A stretch of DNA of 64,000 nt, from assembly GCA_001179505.1 (NCBI GenBank), contig CDMY01000869.1, forward strand, positions 124,001-188,000, written 5' to 3'. Shown here one piece after another: positions 61,301-64,000 of this stretch. This DNA is from Vitrella brassicaformis CCMP3155 (lineage: Eukaryota; Protista; Chromerida). The translations under genes were made by a program, and so were the position numbers. The notes under the pieces were generated by a model, which did no database searches, was not told the origin of the DNA, and saw nothing but the letters and a program-made list of their open reading frames with translations. The stretch's first letter is position 1; each line of letters begins with the position of its first letter.

Positions 61301-64000
61301 TGTGGCACCAGACGTGATTGAGACGCTGTGCACTATCGTGATGAACAGGGTCCCAAACCTCATTCTTGACGCCAACACCAACCCTGAAGTGAGTGAGTGA
61401 ATTCAGGAGACACAGCCGACAGGGCAGGCAAGGATCGCCCTCTTCTGTGTCCATCCATCTGCATCTCCCATGCAGGTGCGTCTGGTTGCTGCAGCATGGT
61501 GCACTGCTCCTCTGTAAGCCATGATTGCAACGACAGAAGCCATGATTGCAACGACAGACCTGCTGAGTGTCAATGTATCGTTTGTGCATCTCTGATCATG
61601 GGTCAGCATGGAGGTGTTTCCCGCGGCTGAGGTGTCGGAGGAGTTCAAGTCCAAGGCTCTCAAGCGCCTCGAGCAGCTGCAGGGCGGCAACAAGGAAGTG
61701 AAGATCGACCAAGACGTCAGACAGCTCCTGCACAAGCACGGCATATCGGTGGAGGCCGACGCATTCCAGGCGCTCATTTCAGCCCACCACGTGGCCGACG
61801 TCCTCTCCCTCGCTCGCGCTGGCATCGCCGCGCCCGAGATCACTGTCGACTTCCTCACATCGATATGCGCGGTGGCGAGGGAGCCATCCCTGGTCCAAGT
61901 GTGCTTCTTGGCCATCCGGCACATGGATCAGTCGCTGATGCAGGAGCAGCCGACACTGCTCGCCAGGCACATGCAGCACATCGCCGCGGGCTGGATCCGA
62001 CGCAAGCTGCCTCTGGGGCAGTTTCCGACCCAGCTGTTCGATGGCGGTGCGAGTCATTCGGACTTCTTGTGGTCCAACTCGGCGATGCTGGTGAGTGCGT
62101 GCATCCTCGGCGGGCTGGAGCCCAACAAAGTCATGCCCTGCTTCCGCGAAGCACTCGGCCTCAAGAGGGTACGCCAGGCACACGCACAGAGAGAGACGGG
62201 CTCCAGCTGCATGCTGGCTTTGTGTGCGCGCTGTGTGTGGATGTCGTCAGGACAATCAGGAGAAGGGACCCGAGCTCCGCGACGCCGTGGCGCCAGCGTT
62301 GGTGGCGATCCTGCTGATGATCAAGGGGCAGAACGGCGGTGCGTCTGAATATCTGAAGCAGCTGCTCGGCAGCGGCAACATCATCAGTGTGCTCAAGCAG
62401 CACCTGCGGTCATCGGTGCTGTCGAGCATGCTGCGCTTCAAAGCCCAGCCCCGCGATGCCGTCGCGGCCGTCGCCTTCCCCAGCCTGCAGGCCGCCCTCT
62501 CCGAGGTCATCCCCACACCCATCGACAGCTACCCCAACCTGGACGCCTTCGTCAGTGCCAACTTCAAACACATGCTCCTCGTACTCGACAGCGCCGTCCT
62601 GCTCTCGCACGGAGACGGTGCGACCCCAGACAAGGCCGCGGCTGGCTGTTTCCAGGACTTCCTGCGCATGACGTCGTGTGTGCTCAAGCAGACGTCGCAC
62701 GTCCGCCACCTCATCAACTTCCTCTTGCGACACCTCAAAAGCGCCATGGAGGCACGCGAGTCGGCGGGCGGGCGGATGGTCAAGACGGCCGGCAGCTGGC
62801 CGGATGTGCGGCAGTCCTGGATGGTGGACGGAGGGGCGCTGGCAGCCCCAGAGGAGACCAACGAGAAGTGGCAGCGGACGCTCAGCGACGAGGTGTGCCG
62901 CATTCTGAGGGAGTGCACCGACGCCATCCTCCTGCAGCTGTTCGACCGCCCTGCTCCGGGCATCATGGATCTCCTGCTCGAGCTCGTCGTCAAGAAGTAC
63001 GGCGGTCTCATGGTTAGCCGGGAGGGCAGCAGCAGCAGCAGCGGAGGGGCGGACGGCAGCTGCGACGAGCCCAGCGTGACGATGGCCACCTGCCCCGTCT
63101 TCAAAATCGTCGGCGAGGCCGTCCTTCGCCTGCTGCCCCTTCGCTGCACGAGGTTCAACACGAGAGGCCGCACACAGGCGGACACGCCCAGTGTGGTTGA
63201 GGTGTTGGGACCCTCCTTCGTTCCATTCTTTGCCGCTGCAGACATCATCCCCGACACAGCAGCCGTGGCCGTCAATTCTGTCGCAGCACACTGTCTGCAG
63301 CACATCCAAGAAAGCCTCCGAGCACAAACGGATACTGCAGCGGCGCAATTAGGCAAGAGGCGACGCAGCGGCACAAAGGCAGCCGCCGCAGAGGGCGAGC
63401 CAGCGGCCAAGAAGAAGAAGCCCGCCCAAGAGGATGCGGCTCGACCGGGGGTCGAGCCAGTGCCGATGGACACCGATGATGCCGACAATGAGCCACTGTG
63501 GCCGTCTGCAGAGGCGACGGAGGCGGTGCTGGCCGCATCGGGTGGTGACGCCGTCTTGTCTCCAGAGGACCGGCTGAGGCTCTTCATGGATGAGCTCACC
63601 GACCACGACCAGCGGGCATGCGACAACCGTACTCGCATGGCCGCCGCCAAATCGTGGGCGGACCGCCTCTCCAACAGTTTCGGCTCCGCTTTGCTCCTCC
63701 GGCGTGTGGCGGCGATATGTCTGTGGCTGAAAGGGGCCAAGGCACACGCCAGCGCCGTGAGGGCCAGTGGAGAGTCGGCCCCGGCAGGACCACGGGTGTT
63801 TGTGAGCATGGTGGTGCGGCACCTGGTCAACATCTCCAGACTCGGGACGTCGGACCATCTCCCCGAGGCGTGGAAGCTGCAGACGGCCCGGCTGCTTAGC
63901 CATGAGGGTCTGCGTGATACCAAGCTCGTGTCCGATGCTCTCCGTCAGGACCTATCCGCCAACCTCGCCCGTGATGCCACCATGGCCTTCGACCTCGTCT
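55380..64000 (+). CDS. ATM: ATM/Tel1-like PIKK kinase, N-terminal TAN and HEAT-repeat region (kinase domain not in the window)
   Basis: MDRLDKLSDILKELGADSVTQRRKGLK|ELKDFLDDP...VWTAV...AMQKE...ERHGPKL...FNHLCEVLRD...WGEAYLGVLLAMVSRQQYTYKL parallels the ATM N-terminus ([20 protein letters not shown]...WDAV...IQKE...RAPRL...YGADCSNILLKDILSVRKY). Helical exons stay open to the window edge. Confidence 0.75.

Noticed and set aside
61518-61558. Short two-copy direct repeats (21 nt here; 16 nt near 13694-13725; 14 nt near 9160-9187) as possible CRISPR or TE footprints
   Set aside because: Only two adjacent copies with no spacers; ordinary intronic slippage duplications.
62529-63923. 464-aa minus-strand ORF and other overlapping ORFs within the ATM-like gene
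   Set aside because: Antisense shadows; the plus frame gives coherent helical HEAT-like sequence.

Overview
This is an intron-rich, GC-rich eukaryotic scaffold, most likely a photosynthetic relative of apicomplexans (a chromerid such as Vitrella; inference). The support is a nuclear atpC with a bipartite plastid leader and no green-lineage thiol switch, an adenylate kinase with a Plasmodium AK1-like N-terminus, flagellar genes, and short GT-AG introns full of (CA)n/(GACA)n/(GT)n repeats. I assembled about 19 spliced gene models by eye, so exon ends are approximate. Recognisable genes are malic enzyme, a plastid TLDc protein, atpC, CCDC148, a mitochondrial RsfS/MALSU1 homologue, adenylate kinase, CFAP57 and the 5' part of ATM/Tel1. 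There are also several orphan secreted, membrane or disordered proteins and a 300-N gap. I saw no rRNA, tRNA, CRISPR array or transposon. The most unusual signals are: (1) an intact malic enzyme with an N-terminal signal peptide and a C-terminal hydrophobic TM/GPI-like tail; (2) introns polarised as CA-rich 5' half and GT-rich 3' half that fold into hairpins; (3) genes in very tight head-to-head pairs (71-110 bp between ATGs) that share a GCGAGCTT motif, twice as GCGAGCTT-N7-AGATCT; (4) a plastid ATP synthase gamma subunit with an ~85-aa acidic C-terminal extension.
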